In this document: positions 64,000 to 64,000 of the stretch, one piece after another
Position numbering within the stretch: position 1 is the first letter of the stretch
How the letters are laid out: the number at the start of each line of letters is the position of its first letter
Assembly (NCBI GenBank): GCA_041664365.1
Contig: JBAYKW010000001.1
Location: 71,168-135,167 of the forward strand
DNA: 64,000 nucleotides
Direction: 5' to 3'
Source of the DNA: Patescibacteria group bacterium
Lineage (GTDB): Bacteria > Patescibacteriota > Patescibacteriia > UM-FILTER-42-10
Notes under the pieces: model-generated
Database searches by the model: none
Seen by the model: only the letters and a program-made list of their open reading frames with translations
Told to the model about the DNA's origin: nothing
Translations under genes and position numbers: made by a program

Positions 64000-64000
64000 T

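Overview
The window is a low-GC (about 40%), gene-dense bacterial segment whose gene content looks like Candidate Phyla Radiation/Patescibacteria; long uninterrupted ORFs indicate the standard genetic code.

Feature overview: recognisable housekeeping blocks are present.
- dnaE (-).
- An FtsW/RodA-PlsC-glycosyltransferase block.
- An AbrB-regulated ABC-2 exporter.
- A heat-shock locus, hrcA (with a perfect CIRCE operator and sigma70 promoter)-grpE-hsp20-dnaK ... dnaJ, interrupted by three unknown genes.
- A minus-strand operon: membrane-tethered ClpB-D1-like AAA ATPase - cysS - PAP2 phosphatase.
- corA and dnaX.
- A tRNA-Gln(CUG) locus.
- Rubrerythrin, a D-2-hydroxyacid dehydrogenase and an RmlD-like reductase.
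- An inositol monophosphatase, EamA, two tandem ZIP metal transporters, a NikM/CbiM-like protein, an HD domain protein and several NUDIX proteins.
- A LolCDE-like ABC pair and TerC behind a candidate Mn riboswitch.
- A GT39 membrane glycosyltransferase, queG and an amidohydrolase.
- The archaeal-type AMP salvage module: guaB, guaA, an e2b2 ribose-1,5-bisphosphate isomerase, form II/III RuBisCO and AMP phosphorylase.
- An FG-GAP secreted protein, a transporter, and a minimal SET-domain protein.

Hunt - ranked findings: the most unusual signals are compositional and structural.
- The tRNA-Gln gene is preceded by nested partial copies of its own 5' end that flank an 89-aa GIY-YIG nuclease minigene. 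It is followed by a 20-nt copy of its 3' end inside a 1.1-kb high-GC island encoding a Cys-rich protein.
- A second high-GC island carries peptidase T and a free-standing RNA polymerase alpha-CTD protein, each followed by the same ~79-nt 3' module with compensatory stem substitutions (cassette-like).
- A third high-GC gene, a lipoprotein, has two tandem palindromic repeats in its 5' leader.
- A coiled-coil protein is translationally coupled to a 926-aa membrane-anchored VirD4/TraG/FtsK-family ATPase.
- A nested inverted-repeat RNA structure lies between hsp20 and dnaK.
- An in-phase A_AAA_AAA slippery site is present in dnaX.

All product calls rest on motif recognition by eye; no database searches were run.
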